A stretch of 64,000 nt of DNA from the NCBI RefSeq assembly GCF_902728285.1, contig NW_027103772.1, positions 249,149-313,148 on the forward strand, in the 5' to 3' direction. The first letter of the stretch is position 1. Every line of letters starts with the position of its first letter. Below the pieces are notes generated by a model that saw nothing but the letters and a program-made list of their open reading frames with translations, had not been told where the DNA came from and searched no databases. Shown piece after piece: positions 12,566 through 24,867 of the stretch. The translations under genes were made by a program, and so were the position numbers. Source of the DNA: Clytia hemisphaerica. Lineage: Eukaryota.

Positions 12566-13096
12566 GTATTTCCTTATCTCTTCTCTACTTAGAGTATTTA
12601 GTGCGGCACCAAAAATATTGAAAATTTAGAGTGCCACAAAAACACTAGATAAAGCTATTCTGTCTCGCTAGAGACTGCTAGACTGACCTAAAGTAATCCG
12701 CCATTTTTTAAAGTTGATCAACCAAGACCATTCTATCGCCTCCTCGTTTCTGGTTATGTCAGTTGCCTGTTCATATTGAACAAATTGCCGGTACCGAATT
12801 ACGGTCTACTCAGGAATGGAGTAACATTAAATTATTCTGTTTCCACTGACCTGGCTTGAGAAAGACAGAGAAGCGCTTATCTAGTGTTTTATATAAGAAA
12901 TCTGAGTTTAAAACATGTCATTAAAGAGAGATTTTGTGTGTTTTGTATTATCGAGTATCAACGAAAGAAAAGCAGAAAAACACAAAATCTCTACTATCTG
13001 TCCTTTTTGATTTTCTCCATTCTTCACGACGCCCCTGTATATATGATAACCGAAAAAAAAAACTCATGTTTATGAATAGAATTTTCTTTATTTTAG

Positions 13097-13183
13097 GTGA
13101 AGTGTACGACAAGATTGATACTTTATTGATGTACAATACGTTTGCAAGTATCTCGCCGTGTGGAAACCTGGTGGCTGCATGTG
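13097..13183 (+). CDS. TBL2: TBL2-like exon 5 (EVYDKIDTLLMYNTFASISPCGNLVAACG)
   Basis: Acceptor ttttag and donor gtatgg. Aligns to human QVLSTINTNQMNNTHAAVSPCGRFVASCG. Confidence 0.8.
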
Positions 13184-14174
13184 GTATGGTTCTTACAACC
13201 TTTTTTTAAATTATGATACCTGTGTTGGGAATGTTTTTTTTTCTTTTTTTTTGTTTTCATTTAGATAAACCTTTTCATAAATTACGTCACGAGCAACCCT
13301 TACCTCGTTTTCAAAATATTGCTATGGAAATTGATTCCCAGACGAGTTCATGAGAAGTTAACTCTATTTATAAAAGTATCACTTTAAAGACTCGAATTCA
13401 ATCACCTTGGTGATAAATTCAAAATGAGGTAGTCGTTGCACTCAAAATAATTTATGAAAGGCCCGTTTATTGCTAATAAGATGAAAACGAAATCAGTCGA
13501 AACTTTTTGAATATCGGGTATGGAGAGGAATATAATTATATTTTCAACCCCCTTCTTGCAGACCCAGTGGGATGGGCCCACTGGAAAAATTGGCCAAAAT
13601 ATCGTCCCTGGTGGAAAATTATCATCCAATTTTTGTTTCCACTGAAAATAATAAAAACAATCTTCACTGCAAAATAATTTATTATTTTTCCCGTCCCCTC
13701 TGAATTTTCCCCAGCCATTAAAAATATGGGAATATCAACCCCCACTGAGTTTTTTTCTGTTATTTTTATCCCCACTGACTGAAAAAATCCTACCGGCTGT
13801 GTGAGAAGGGGGTGTTATTTTTTATGCTTTAGATAAAATAGGCTAGTCATGATAAAAGAAATCTTGTACCAGGAAACACAAAAGTCGAACTAGCTTTATA
13901 TAAAATTAATCAGTATTTTCCTGACTCAAAACTATCCAAATATCTCAAAGAAAACGTTTTGTAATCCAGTGGAGTCTCTTTATCTCGAACCTCTATAATT
14001 CGAATGTCTCCTTAACTCGAATCTCAAGTTTTCTCGTCCCTTCAGTTAACAATTATCTATAAACTTTACTGCGTAACTCGAAATTTCCTGCACTGTAACA
14101 AATCTGTGTTCCCAGTGCGTGTTTCATTTATGATGAACCAACTGTATACGACTTGTTTATGATTATTTCTTCAG

Positions 14175-14236
14175 GGTTTACATCCGAAGTGAAATTATGG
14201 CACATGCAATTTTCAAAAAGTGGCGACTTTCAGCAG
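14175..14236 (+). CDS. TBL2: TBL2-like exon 6 (FTSEVKLWHMQFSKSGDFQQ)
   Basis: Acceptor tcttcag and donor CAG|gtaata. Aligns to human FTPDVKVWEVCFGKKGEFQE. Confidence 0.8.
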
Positions 14237-14504
14237 GTAATATTTCAATTATTTTGATTTTTATTCCCGTCCCGATGAGTACTAAATCTCATTCTGCCTA
14301 TTCATTTTACTTCAGTCATCACCAGATTTTTTAACTGTTCTCAAGAATTTTCTGAGAATATACACTTTTGCGACAGATTCCAAAAGTCACGAAATTTTGT
14401 ACGCCGAAACTGCCCTTTGCACTTGTTTTTCATTTTTTAGGGTGTTGCAGTATCTTTCCTTATCGAAAGTAAACTAATTTATATTTTGTTCTCCTTTTTG
14501 ATAG

Positions 14505-14578
14505 ACTTTGAAAGCGTTCGAAATCAAAGGACATAGAGCTGGAGTTCTTTCATTCTCTTTCACAAACGACTCAAAACG
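14505..14578 (+). CDS. TBL2: TBL2-like exon 7 (TLKAFEIKGHRAGVLSFSFTNDSKR)
   Basis: Acceptor tttttgatag and donor CG|gtaaat. Aligns to human VVRAMELKGHSAAVHSFAFSNDSRR. Confidence 0.85.
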
Positions 14579-14714
14579 GTAAATAATCAAATTTTCATGA
14601 ACGTTTAAGTTGAATTTTACCATGGTTTAGTTACAACCAAGTTTTTAATCTTTTAGAATTATTATCTTTCAAAATTGAAAATCTCAATTCTATTCTGTAG
14701 TTGTGATTGACACT

Positions 14715-14990
14715 CTTGTTTGAATGCAAAGGTAGAGCATTGGGCTATGGTGCCCAAGGTCATTGGTTTAATCCCTTGTCGGGTCATACCAAAGACTTCG
14801 TACTTAGTACAAAATGGTACTTGATGCCTCTCTGCTTGACGCTCAGCAATTAAAAGAAGGATCAAGGGCAAGTGGAGCAAAGTTGCGCCCTTCCCTTGCC
14901 TTCAAGTAGATGAACGGCTATCGTAACAGAAGCCTTTGGGTTATCTCCGGCTGCGCTTGTAGACTTACTTACCTTGCATACCTGAGCACT
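14715..14990 (+). mobile_element. tRNA-derived SINE-like repeat (GGTAGAGCATTGGGC ... GGTTTAATCCCTTGTCGGG); a partial relative lies at 16940-17060
   Basis: tRNA-like D- and T-arm remnants followed by a unique body. Second partial copy gggttaatccctgaccggg at 16990. Lies in TBL2 introns. Confidence 0.4.
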
Positions 14991-15144
14991 AATTGTTTTT
15001 GGGTACAGACTATAATGTTGTTTTGAAGTCATTTTGCTTCCAAAATAAAATACCTTTTAACAGCGCAAAAATATTCAAACTTGTGTTTAAATGAAAGACA
15101 AGGAAACCAATGATTTAAAACTTTTCCGACTGTCTTCTTTCTAG

Positions 15145-15194
15145 TTTTGCAACAGCTTCAAAAGATGGAACCTGGAAAGTTTGGGATATCAATG
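15145..15194 (+). CDS. TBL2: TBL2-like exon 8 (FATASKDGTWKVWDING)
   Basis: Acceptor tctttctag and donor G|gtaaga. Aligns to human MASVSKDGTWKLWDTDV. Confidence 0.85.
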
Positions 15195-15832
15195 GTAAGA
15201 TATGGTTACCGTATATTTTTGGAGATAATAAGTGTAATTTTGAAATAGCTGTATTGATGCCGTTGTTGCCCATTTACCAATGGCTCTATTCTGTAAACAT
15301 TCGACTTTGGGCTTTCAAAATTTCAAACTTTTTTTTCTCGCAGAGGGGGTGGGGGTAGGGAGAAGACTTTGTCCCTTTGAAGAGGTATACAATTAAAATA
15401 ATATTTCCCTAAAACAATAGTGTAGTTTTGAAAGCCTAAAATTGATTGTTTACAAATTATAGGTTAGAACATGGACATGGTTAGAATTAACGCCATTTGT
15501 AAACTGGATTGAAATCTTTTGGTCCTAGTTCATTCGCCTTTGTTATTTCCATTTTCACCCCCTGGACATGAACACGGAAAGTAATCAATTTAGCTCCCTG
15601 GGTAGTAAAATTTACCCCTGGACAGTCTAAGTTCACCCCCAGAGCATTGCTATTTTTTAGGACTTTTTCGAGACACCTTTGCAATTCGATTTACAATACA
15701 AAATTTTTTCTGGAAGAGCCCTTTCCACAAGGCGGTACAAGGCCTAATATAATTTTTCCAGTCCGTGAGGCTTTAGTAATTTTTGCATGAGCATAATATA
15801 TAGATTGATACTAATTTCGTTTTCTCTTTTAG

Positions 15833-16024
15833 TCAATTACCTGAAAAGTCAAGAAGCCTATTTACTAAGTACTGGCAATTTTACCGGTTACGAAGAAGGC
15901 TTGAACGTCAACATTGCATTAACGCATGATTATTTTACGGTGGCATTATCGGTTGGTTCGCATTTGAAATATTATGATTCGAAAAGTGGTGAGATGGATG
16001 AAGATATATTACACGCCCATCCCG
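15833..16024 (+). CDS. TBL2: TBL2-like exon 9 (VNYLKSQEAYLLSTGNF...ILHAHPG)
   Basis: Acceptor ctcttttag and donor G|gtaagg. Aligns to human EYKKKQDPYLLKTGRFEEAAG... Confidence 0.8.
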
Positions 16025-16339
16025 GTAAGGATAAAATTTGTTATGTTTCCCAAAAAGAAAACTGAATATTTTCTGTTGATGTCCAGTTCCTTCTGGGGGT
16101 AGCCAATATTCGCTAAATTCAAAAAACCTATCAAAATTTAATAAAATCCTAAAACTACCTTGGATTTCTTGGTGTTATTTTTTTTTTTCCCAAGGGTTTG
16201 CTACCTGTGATCTTCTTTTCAACCATAAAATCAATACCTGCATCGAGAATGACGTTGTCAGTATTTTTACGCTGTTACTGTATCTGGCATGTCACTTTAA
16301 ATATATGCTATAATTATTTTTCTTATTATCATATCTTAG

Positions 16340-16500
16340 GAAGCATATGTGCACTGCGTTGGTATACAGACTCGAAAATATTGGTCAGTTCAGGTGGTAC
16401 GGATCGTATGCTTCGTGTTTGGGAAAACATACACGGTGCAAAAGCCAACTTGGCTGATTTAAAAGAAAAACTGAAGAGAACAACTTCTGCTTCAATTAAG
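16340..16500 (+). CDS. TBL2: TBL2-like exon 10 (SICALRWYTDSKILVSSGGTDRMLRVWEN...SASIK)
   Basis: Acceptor atcttag and donor AAG|gtaatt. Aligns to human CIANLSFDITGRFLASCGDRAVRLFHNTPGH... Confidence 0.8.
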
Positions 16501-16583
16501 GTAATTTGTATGCTTATTTGTATAAGTAAAGAGTCAAGCAAAGATTTTAATGTTTCATTGAATTCCTGAGTTGATGATAAAAT

Positions 16584-16937
16584 CCCGGGGGGGGGGTACT
16601 TAGGCAAAAATAGGTGCTGGGTATGTGCGGACGGTAAGGGTCGGGTTTTTCACCTTTCAAAGTCTCTCTAAGGGTTACAAAAATCAGGAAATTTCAAAGT
16701 AGTCTCTCTAAGGGTGGGAAAAATCACGATTTTTAGAAAAAAAATTTGATTTTGAGAGAAAAATTTACAAATAAGTCTCACTAAGGGTAGGAAATTTTTG
16801 AAAATCAGAGAAAATTTTTCGAAAAAGTCTCACTAAGGGTCACTTTTTCACTAAAATTTGGTCTCTCTAAGGGTCGGTTTTCGGAGGTCCCGTCCGCACA
16901 TACCCCTCATTCACCAACCCTAGTACCCCCCCCCCGG
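16584..16937. mobile_element. MITE with CCCGGGGGGGGGGTACT TIRs and ~8-bp TSD GATAAAAT; internal tandem 'agtctctctaagggt' repeats
   Basis: Inverted termini at 16584-16640 and 16880-16937. GATAAAAT flanks both sides. Lies in a TBL2 intron 50 bp downstream of exon 10. Confidence 0.65.
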
Positions 16938-17279
16938 GATAAAATACCTTCCATTTGGTTTGCATAAAGCGCCAGTAGCGTCCAGCTACGGTGTGCACGG
17001 CTTTGGGTTAATCCCTGACCGGGCCAATGCTTGTATAGAATATATGGTGAAGATCAGAGATCTGACCTTAAGGAGAGCATGTGTTGAAAATACTAAATAA
17101 AATAAAAACGAAACATAAAAAGGGATTAACATTTTTATAATTATACGGTTTTTTCTATTTTTCTTTTTGAATTTTTCTAAATATATAAATCAAACCAATC
17201 AAACATTCTGTCAAGAAATTTATGCGAAAAAGAGAGAGCCAACAAACCAACTAATATATCGATTTTTGTTTACTTTTAG

Positions 17280-17311
17280 GAACGGATCGAACAACAGATA
17301 GAAGATTACAC
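17280..17311 (+). CDS. TBL2: TBL2-like exon 11 (ERIEQQIEDYT)
   Basis: Acceptor tacttttag and donor AC|gtaagt. Aligns to human RLQQQLTQAQE. Confidence 0.6.
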
Positions 17312-17924
17312 GTAAGTGCTTTCATAAAATGCACCCCCTGAGCTTAGGGGGGGGTGGCTAAATCTTTTTTCTTGTTTAAAGGCTATTTTTAGAAAATATT
17401 CTAGGGTCTACCTCTATAAGGGGGGAGAGGGGCTACTATATTTTGAGTAATCGAAATCGGAGCTGATTTGATAATTCAAAAAAATTTCAAATTTCGATAA
17501 TTTAAAAAAAGTCAATACACTACAATTTTATTTAGCTTGTCCTTTTTTTAGAATTTAGCTTGGGTCTATTTTCATTAGCCATCATTCAGGACTGCTCGGA
17601 GATGAACCTTTCTGTATCTGTGGCTATGTACCAATGTCCAAACTTGTTCCCATTCTCAAATTCTTGTTTTGATTGAGCAGGAGAAAGCCTAACAACCAAA
17701 ACTCTCATTCAAAGCTTAAGGAGTCTGGTCCCAAATTATATGTGAATCTCTGAACGGTTTTAAGTACATGAAATTCTTTCGGCTAATACCGGCAAATTTT
17801 ACGGCATCGTAACGACTGACAACACTTTTGTTGAGTCCGGTAATCTATCCATTGCTTGTATGGTTACAATACCAAAAGATTACTAGTATTCCTATATAAA
17901 GCCATGGATAGAGAATGATTGGGC

Positions 17925-18227
17925 TGTTCCAAAAAAAATCCATACAGGGGGTGGACGAACCTTTTCAATTCAAAACAAATTTCTTGAAAATGTGTGGATA
18001 CCCCCTGGAAAATTGCAAAATTTGCAAAACACTCTGGAAAAAAATATTTTCATGTCCTAAAGTGAAGTTGGAAGAACTAATATCAGTAGCTTACCCCCTG
18101 GAAATTTAAGAATATCCTTTTACCCCCTGGAAAAATGAACAAAGACTTCTTTAGACCTCCTGGAAATTCTTCTAGGATCTACCCCCTGGAAAAGTTTGTC
18201 CACCCCCTGTATGGTTATAAAATGGAA
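17925..18227. mobile_element. MITE with TIR CCATACAGGGGGTGGAC and internal 'ccccctggaaa' repeats
   Basis: Inverted termini at 17925-17945 and 18207-18227. Lies in the intron before the TBL2 last exon. Confidence 0.55.
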
Positions 18228-18338
18228 TGGCCCATTGCAGGGTAGGGGTGGTAATCTTGAAAAATTGATAAATGAGATTTATTTTTGTGTAGGAGAACCA
18301 GCACTTAAAATTATTCTTTAAATTTTTCTGTTTTTTAG

Positions 18339-18369
18339 GAAATTTTTGAAGAAATTCAACAAAGTATAG
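18339..18369 (+). CDS. TBL2: TBL2-like terminal coding exon (..KFLKKFNKV*)
   Basis: Acceptor ttttttag. Phase-2 continuation gives T-KFLKKFNKV then TAG, cf. human TLKSLGALKK*. The exact C-terminal frame is uncertain. Confidence 0.5.
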
Positions 18370-18654
18370 AACTAGAAGAATAAATTGACTTTATAAACTT
18401 TATGTAATTTTTTTCCGAAATTTAAATTTGTTTTTTATTTATTAGTTAGTTTAAGGGTCTTATCTTGAAAAGGGTCTTTAATTTTTAGTCAAAGGTCTTT
18501 GAATCTATATACCTGGTCGATGTTAAACGTTTTTGAGCACTTTCTAAAAGTAACTTTTTTATTCAATCGAGCATAACTTTTGATCTAATGAATCGAATTT
18601 AATAAATGACCCATCAAAATTTAAGTTTATCTTTCTTCTTTCTAATGAAATAAG

Positions 18655-18830
18655 AATTTTTGAAGAAATTCAACAAAATATAGAAGGAGGAGAAATTACT
18701 GAATTTATAGACTTTATGTAATTTTGTCCGAAATTTAAATTTGTTTTTTATTTATTAGTTAGCTTAAGGGTCTTATCTTGAAAAGGGTCTTTAATTTTTA
18801 GTCAAAGGTCTTTGAATCTATATACAGTAT
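18655..18830 (+). repeat. tandem duplicate of the TBL2 terminal exon plus proximal 3'UTR (copy of 18339-18500) with a degenerated acceptor
   Basis: aatttttgaagaaattcaacaaa(g/a)tatagaa... and the following ~130 bp are near-identical. The ttttag acceptor is mutated to ataag in copy 2. Confidence 0.8.
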
Positions 18831-19487
18831 CTAATATGTCTTCATAATGAAATCAAAACCGCTTTCTCTAACCGTCGAAAGTTTCGTTTCGTGATTGCTC
18901 TTTTTTTGGGTGATTTTTATTTTGTTCAAATCATCATGATTTCATCTTCTTAGCCAATTTCGTGTTTTAGTCATTTTACAAATTATCTTTAGAATTTTTT
19001 AAAATTATTAAAATTCAGAATTTATATGTTCAACAAAAACAGTAGAGAATAATGGAATTTTCATAAACAAAATTTTGTCCTTTTTTCGATTATTGTTATT
19101 AAATACAGTGTGTCCCAAAGATAAGAAAAGATTGCAATTTTCTGTTCAATCAATATATATTCAATGTCAAAGATGATTGAATAGTTTTTTGAGTTAAATA
19201 TTAAAGTGAACAAATTTGGCATAAATTATGAGAATTTGACTTTATACATGAAAATTTGTCCGCTTTTTTCGGGACGCACTGTATATGGAACTTAAAGTTT
19301 CATAATACATTTAGGCTTTAGAGTTACATCATCAGAATATTCTCGACTGTAAAAGAAAGTGACGTCAAATAAGTATGAAAGTATGATTACAAATTTTTGT
19401 TGTTTATGCATTTATAAAGGAGCTTATAATTTATTTTTCAGATTCAAAAAAAGTTTTAAAAGACAAATTGTGATATTACTTAATAAT

Positions 19488-19509
19488 ATGACCATGGCAA
19501 CAATTACAG
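19488..19509 (+). CDS. uncharacterised coiled-coil protein, exon 1 (MTMATIT..)
   Basis: ATG followed by a strong donor G|gtaagt. The phase is compatible with the downstream exon. Start codon choice is uncertain. Confidence 0.4.
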
Positions 19510-20227
19510 GTAAGTGTAGCCAACACTCTCTAAATCCGTCCAATCTGTTTACTTCTCACACCTCTTGATGTACCGTCGTTTTTTATAAGTTTCCCATTTC
19601 CGCACTAAGATTCCTTTGCAACTTTTCTATCGGAGAAAGACCAGGACTTTGGGTAGTTAAAAAATGAGCTTCGGAAAGTTAGGCAGTTTCGTGAGTAAAC
19701 ACAAGATTTTCCCTACCATTAGAAACAAACACTTTCCAATCGCTTGCAGGTTATTTCGGGAAAAATAGCGGAAAGATTTCGGAAAAGGTCTCACGTTTAA
19801 TTGATAACATGAGACAATATTACCCTTTTTTAAAGAACATTCCAAATTTTTGAAGCCTTTCGACTTTTTCAGTGTTTTTATCAATTTTCCTAAGAAATCG
19901 GGTACATGATTTTTTTATAAGAACAAACTATATAAGAACATAAGGCTTTCGATGACAAAAATATTGAGAATATTTAAAGGCTTCGTGGACTCTAAAACAC
20001 CCAATTTCTTAGGAAAATGGACAAAAATACTCACAAAATGGCGAAAATAAGAACATGCTAAAAACATTTTTAGGCCTAAAACTCAAAAAGAGAATTCAAG
20101 GCTTCAAAAATTTTGGATGTTCTTATAGAGAAACGTGTAATGCAAACCCTTACAATGTTGTTGACTTGTTCTCAATGGCCATCGAAGCCTTATTATAATT
20201 TATTTCTTTATTTTCTGTATTTCATAG

Positions 20228-20450
20228 CAAATTTACCTGATAACCAAAACAATGATACATTGATTGCTTATCAATTCTTGGATTACAATAAAAATGAAAC
20301 CATCAAAGAAAATATCCTTATGGTAGATGAGATATTTCAAAATATAAAAGACATTCGGTCGTTACACAGTCAGAAAAAGACGTTGAATCAAACAAAGCGA
20401 TTTCTTTTGCATAGATCGCTTCAAAAACGACACGCGAACCGTGGAACCAG
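20228..20450 (+). CDS. uncharacterised coiled-coil protein, exon 2 (ANLPDNQNNDTLIAYQFLDYNK...ANRGT)
   Basis: Acceptor ttcatag and donor CAG|gtacaa. The open frame is shared with ORF 20113-20499. Confidence 0.55.
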
Positions 20451-20836
20451 GTACAATAATTTCGATCTTTCAGGGGGTAAAAAGTTGAAATTTTTCTAAA
20501 TTTGATTTTCTGATTTTTCCGACCCTTAGCGGGACTTTGGAAGTCCAAAAAAGGTACCCTTTTAAGGGCGGCACATACCGTACCCTCCATTTGCCTAAGT
20601 ACCCCCCCCCCCCCGCGCGGCAAGTTATACACACTCGTTATTTATTAATTTAATAATTTGGCCTGTGGATTTCTTCTGTTCTATTATCCTGAGCCAAACT
20701 TATGACTATTTTTTGCCATACTATTTTCCAAAGTCCACGTTTCATTCGTCACATTATCCTAAAAAGAGTAGATACAAAACGACAAAAAGTTTCAAAAATG
20801 TTTTCTAAATGTTGAATCTCCCAATTCTCTTTATAG

Positions 20837-20997
20837 GGAGGATGCAGATGACATTTGTAAAACAGTGACTGATAATAGACGCGAATGGCAGGACCGTAGA
20901 GATTTGTTGAAAATGGCTGTCCCCTTGATCGGTGACTATATCAAAGCACAGGAAGAATATCTCCACAATGCCGTTAAAAATATCACAGATTACGTGG
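20837..20997 (+). CDS. uncharacterised coiled-coil protein, exon 3 (EDADDICKTVTDNRREWQDRRDLLKMAVPLIGDYIKAQEEYLHNAVKNITDYV)
   Basis: Acceptor ctttatag and donor G|gtaagt. The phase links to exons 2 and 4. Confidence 0.6.
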
Positions 20998-22600
20998 GTA
21001 AGTAATTGAGTATAATGGACTATAGTTTTCTACCGAATAATAGGCTAATTCCAGAAAAAATTAGAACTCCCTATGTCGAGGAGGTCTTCTTCAGGTCTTC
21101 AAAATTTTTAGGACGCTCTTGGATTTTTTAAATTTTTTTGGACCTCTCTGTATTTTCAGCCTTGTTTTACTGACCCCTGGGTTTTTTAATTTCCAGACCA
21201 CCCTGAACGTAATTATATCTCCTTGACATACGGGATATAGACTGGCACGCCAGTCGGGCTGGAACGGTATCACGCGGGAAAAGTGAGCGTAGGAGTTAGG
21301 TAAGCGTAGGAAGAAATTTTGTCGGCGGCAAGGGCTGAAAGCCCGACTGGAGCGAAACCCCAGGAAGGAAAAAACGGCTAAGCTGAAGCCCCAATCTTAC
21401 AACGCCAGATTTCGGCGTTGTAGAAATGAATGAACTTTGAGAAATTCGTGAAATGAGAAATGAAAACTTCCGTCAAAGTCGCAGATCGTGTTGTTTTGAT
21501 TTTTGAGGAGTGAGTGATTGGAAGAAAAATGGCTGACTTCTAGTGGAAATTTTTATTTGAATAGATGTTTTGTTTCTTGTTTCTTATTTGATGAGTCTCT
21601 TCTTTGTGTATATATATGTGGCTTTTCTTCATGGTTCTCTGCATATGCAAAATTCGTTGAATCATTTTTGGTTGTCTTTTGTTTTGATTTGAGAGGCAAG
21701 AGAAGATGGAAAATCTTGTAACATCAGTTATCAGAACTTGTTGATTTGTTATCTTTTCCTATTCATAACTCATTCAATTTTAGGAATGGAGTATTCAGAT
21801 CGCAAACACTATGGACTGTGAGTTTTTTTTTCATTTCAGCTTTCTTTTTCCTAGATTTACATGTGGTAATCAAAGGGATAACCCAGGTACAGTACCCTTC
21901 GTACCCTAACAATTATTTACTGACATTCAAACATAAGACTTTTTAATTTTCCAGGACTCACAAGTCAAAGGTTCTTTATCAAAAATATATGGATGTTGCA
22001 CTACCAGAGACTACTACACGACACTGACACAATGTCGTACGTATTGGAAGTGCAACAAAACGTGCAACAAACTTTTGTGAATATCTACCTGGTTATCCCT
22101 TTGTTATCCCTATGATAAAATTATAGTTTTGAGCAGAAATAAAGTTATGGTAAAGCAGCACTGACAAACAACAAATTTCTCCAAAAAACATTTTCTTTCA
22201 AATAATGAAATATTAAAAGTCTTCTTACAAGATTTGAAAATGATTAAATTTTTTCACCATGCTTATGTTTTACTCAATTCTAGTAATTTTTCCAAAACTT
22301 ATAACTTGCATAGAGGGAAATTTAGCAGAATTTATGGAGAAAATTAAGAATTCTCAGTTTGGCAACAAACATTTTCAAATGTACTGTACTATCACTTAAA
22401 ACATTATTAAATTGCCAGATTAGTGTGGCAAGAAAACTCTAAAAAAATTTAGCCATAAATCTTCAAGTGTGAAGTTAATTTTATTTCCATAGCTCACTTG
22501 TTCAACAAATTCTTGTCAAATTGGATGTCGAACAAGTGGGTTGTTGAACAAATGAGTACCAAAATGATCGACAACCCAGTTGATTGACAATCCACTTGTT

Positions 22601-22680
22601 CGACCAACTATATAGTTGTTCGACCAACTATATAGTTGTTCGATAACCTATATAGTTGTTCGACAACCTATATAGTTGTT
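22601..22680. repeat. 20-bp minisatellite (CGACCAACTATATAGTTGTT)x4 inside transposon copy A (1 unit in copy B)
   Basis: Direct tandem units. The homologous region in copy B (~54400-54480) has a single unit. Confidence 0.8.
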
Positions 22681-23440
22681 CGACAGACCAGTTGTTTGAG
22701 AAAAGAGTGTCAAACAAGTGGTTGTCGAGCAAATGGATGTCGAAATAATAACTGTCGAACAAGTGGGACTTCCCCAAAATTATAGTTGTACGTAGATGAA
22801 AATTTGTCAAAATTTATATTACGGTGAAAATTCTCAGTTTGATAACAAAAGTTTCTCGAATAGGTAACTTTAATTTACATAATTATAATATTAAATTGTA
22901 ACATTAGTGGGACAAGAAAACTCTTTAAAAAAAATAGCCATAAATCTTGGTAGTGTAAAGAAAAGTGACAAGAAAATTCTTCAGCACATAGCCACAATCT
23001 ATAGAAAAATGTCAGAATTTACATAATTCTTTTCTCACGAAAAAAATACTACATTTTTCTAAAGTTATGAATATATATATATATAAATTATGGATTTTCC
23101 ATCAGAGCTATCTTATCACAGCACTAAATTCTGCAAATTTCAATTTTTAACAAATTAAATTTGTGCATGTCGATGTTACATTTTTCCTGACAGACTGAAA
23201 AACTTAATTATTTCAACATGACATCTAAAACTAGCAAAAGGTCTATCTATTTAATTTTCTATGCGTATATACGTGTAATTTTCCAGTGCTTGGCTGGTAC
23301 GTTACATGCTGACAGTCAGGACAGGTTGTTTTTTGTAGCAGTGAGTCTGTTGAAGAGGGTTGGGCTGTCAGACAGCAGCCAGCCTGGGAGTGATGACATT
23401 GAGAGTTTCTTTAAACTAACCAGGAAACGCTGTTTATTCT

Positions 23441-23560
23441 CACGATAACCTAAAAATGGTTTTCAAACCGTACCAAAAACTTTTGTCAACTCAATATTAT
23501 GTTGACTAAAATTTTTGGTACGGCTTGAAAACCTGATTTAGGTTATCGTGAGATATTAAA
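23441..23560. repeat. perfect ~120-bp palindrome (nested hairpin MITE) inside transposon copy A; counterpart in copy B at ~53603-53722
   Basis: ctcacgataacctaaaaatggttttcaaaccgtaccaaaaacttttgtcaac..gttgactaaaatttttggtacggcttgaaaacctgatttaggttatcgtgag. Confidence 0.8.
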
Positions 23561-24867
23561 AGTGTCAGAATTATTGATTATTATGATATGTTATTTTATT
23601 CTAAAAATAGTGTCAAAATTTTTCCAAAATGGTTATATTGCTGGGTACTTTTGAGAAGAGTTCCTGCCTGGTTAGTGTTACTGTTGTATTCATTGTGTTG
23701 GAGAGGTTCACTTAGCCACAATGAGACTAGACTGCTAGAGTAATCAAGTTCCTTAACAAGTAGTCTGTAAGTACTAAAATAAAAAAGCAAAAAGTATTTA
23801 GGTGGAACCAAAATAGAAAAAATATTTCTTACCTTGAATGAAAGAGGCTAGCAAAAAGCCACCAACCTGGATAGGGAAAACTGAATAATCCTTGTACACT
23901 TTTGATGATTGTAGAAAACTGAAGCTAAATTGCAAATACTTACCTTTCTAAGAATGTATGAAAAAACAACTAAGATGTAAAAGTTTCAAAACTTGAAAAG
24001 TGGCTCATCCTTTTACCACCCAAAATTCAAAACAAAGTGGTCTGTCGGCTTTTCTCCCTCCAAAATTTAGGAAAGCACTCCCCCGTTCTCAAAACCTCCA
24101 AAATGAAGCCGTGGCAGAATGTTCTAGTCTGTAAATCAGCAGCCTCTCACCAACTTTTGCTCGCTCTCCTACGCAGCTCCTATTCTAGCAAACGCCCGCC
24201 GCCTTTATGTTCCCGCCCTCTGACATGATTAATTTACAGACTAGTTTGCTAGTCTATACGGGATATAGAATTTTTCTGGAATAACCCAATATTTTTGATT
24301 GAATCTTAAATGTTCCTTGGAATGTTCTCAAAACCCTTTTAGTTTCATATAGATAGAATTCATAGATTTTGATTCCTTCACATTTATTTTTACCAGGGGT
24401 CGATAAATTTTCAACCTTAAAAATTCTTTGAGTTCGTGATGGACGCAGCCTTTCTATAATTAATCCACGCAAAAATTAATACACTCTTCTCGAGATGCAT
24501 CGATTTATTGTTGTCCTCGTTTTCAAACAGATTTCACTGCTATAAAATTACATATTCACGATGATAATTGTGTTGTTTACACCTCATGAGACATTTTGAA
24601 TTTTAAGTACTTTTGTTTTAGAGTTAATGTTTGCCTTTTGGGAATTTAAGTTGGTTTAAATGTATAATTTGATAGCAATGAAATCTGTTTGAAAACGAGG
24701 ACAACAATAAATTTATGCATCTCGAGAAGAGTGTATTCACTTAAAGGTATTTACGATACCTTTGCAGGCAATTTCCTACTAGAGTCTTAGGTGAGACGAA
24801 TGTATTTTTTAAATAAAGCTCTAAGTTGAAAGCTATCATTCAAAACATTGTCTATTGATTGTTTCAG

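Larger units (their letters stand above)
21238..24256 (+). mobile_element. ~3.0-kb non-autonomous TIR DNA transposon, copy A, with 9-bp TSD TACGGGATA on both sides
   Basis: Termini TAGACTGGCA...TGCTAGTCTA form an imperfect 10-bp TIR. An identical 9-mer is present at 21229-21237 and 24257-24265. No long ORF. Contains an internal minisatellite and a perfect ~120-bp palindrome. Lies in the last intron of the coiled-coil gene. Confidence 0.75.

Noticed and set aside
12168-12621. Overlapping long ORFs on both strands (12168-12563 - and 12202-12621 +)
   Set aside because: Only the plus-strand central part (12348-12565) is a real TBL2 exon by homology. The minus ORF is an antisense artefact.
21746-22030. 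Apparent short exons with good splice sites (ag|GAATGGAGTATTCAGATCGCAAACACTATGGACTG|gtgagt and ag|GACTCACAAGTCAAAGG...|gtacgt)
   Set aside because: They lie inside the 3-kb transposon (both copies carry them) and do not fit the phase of the flanking coiled-coil gene exons. Treated as element-internal sequence, not host exons.
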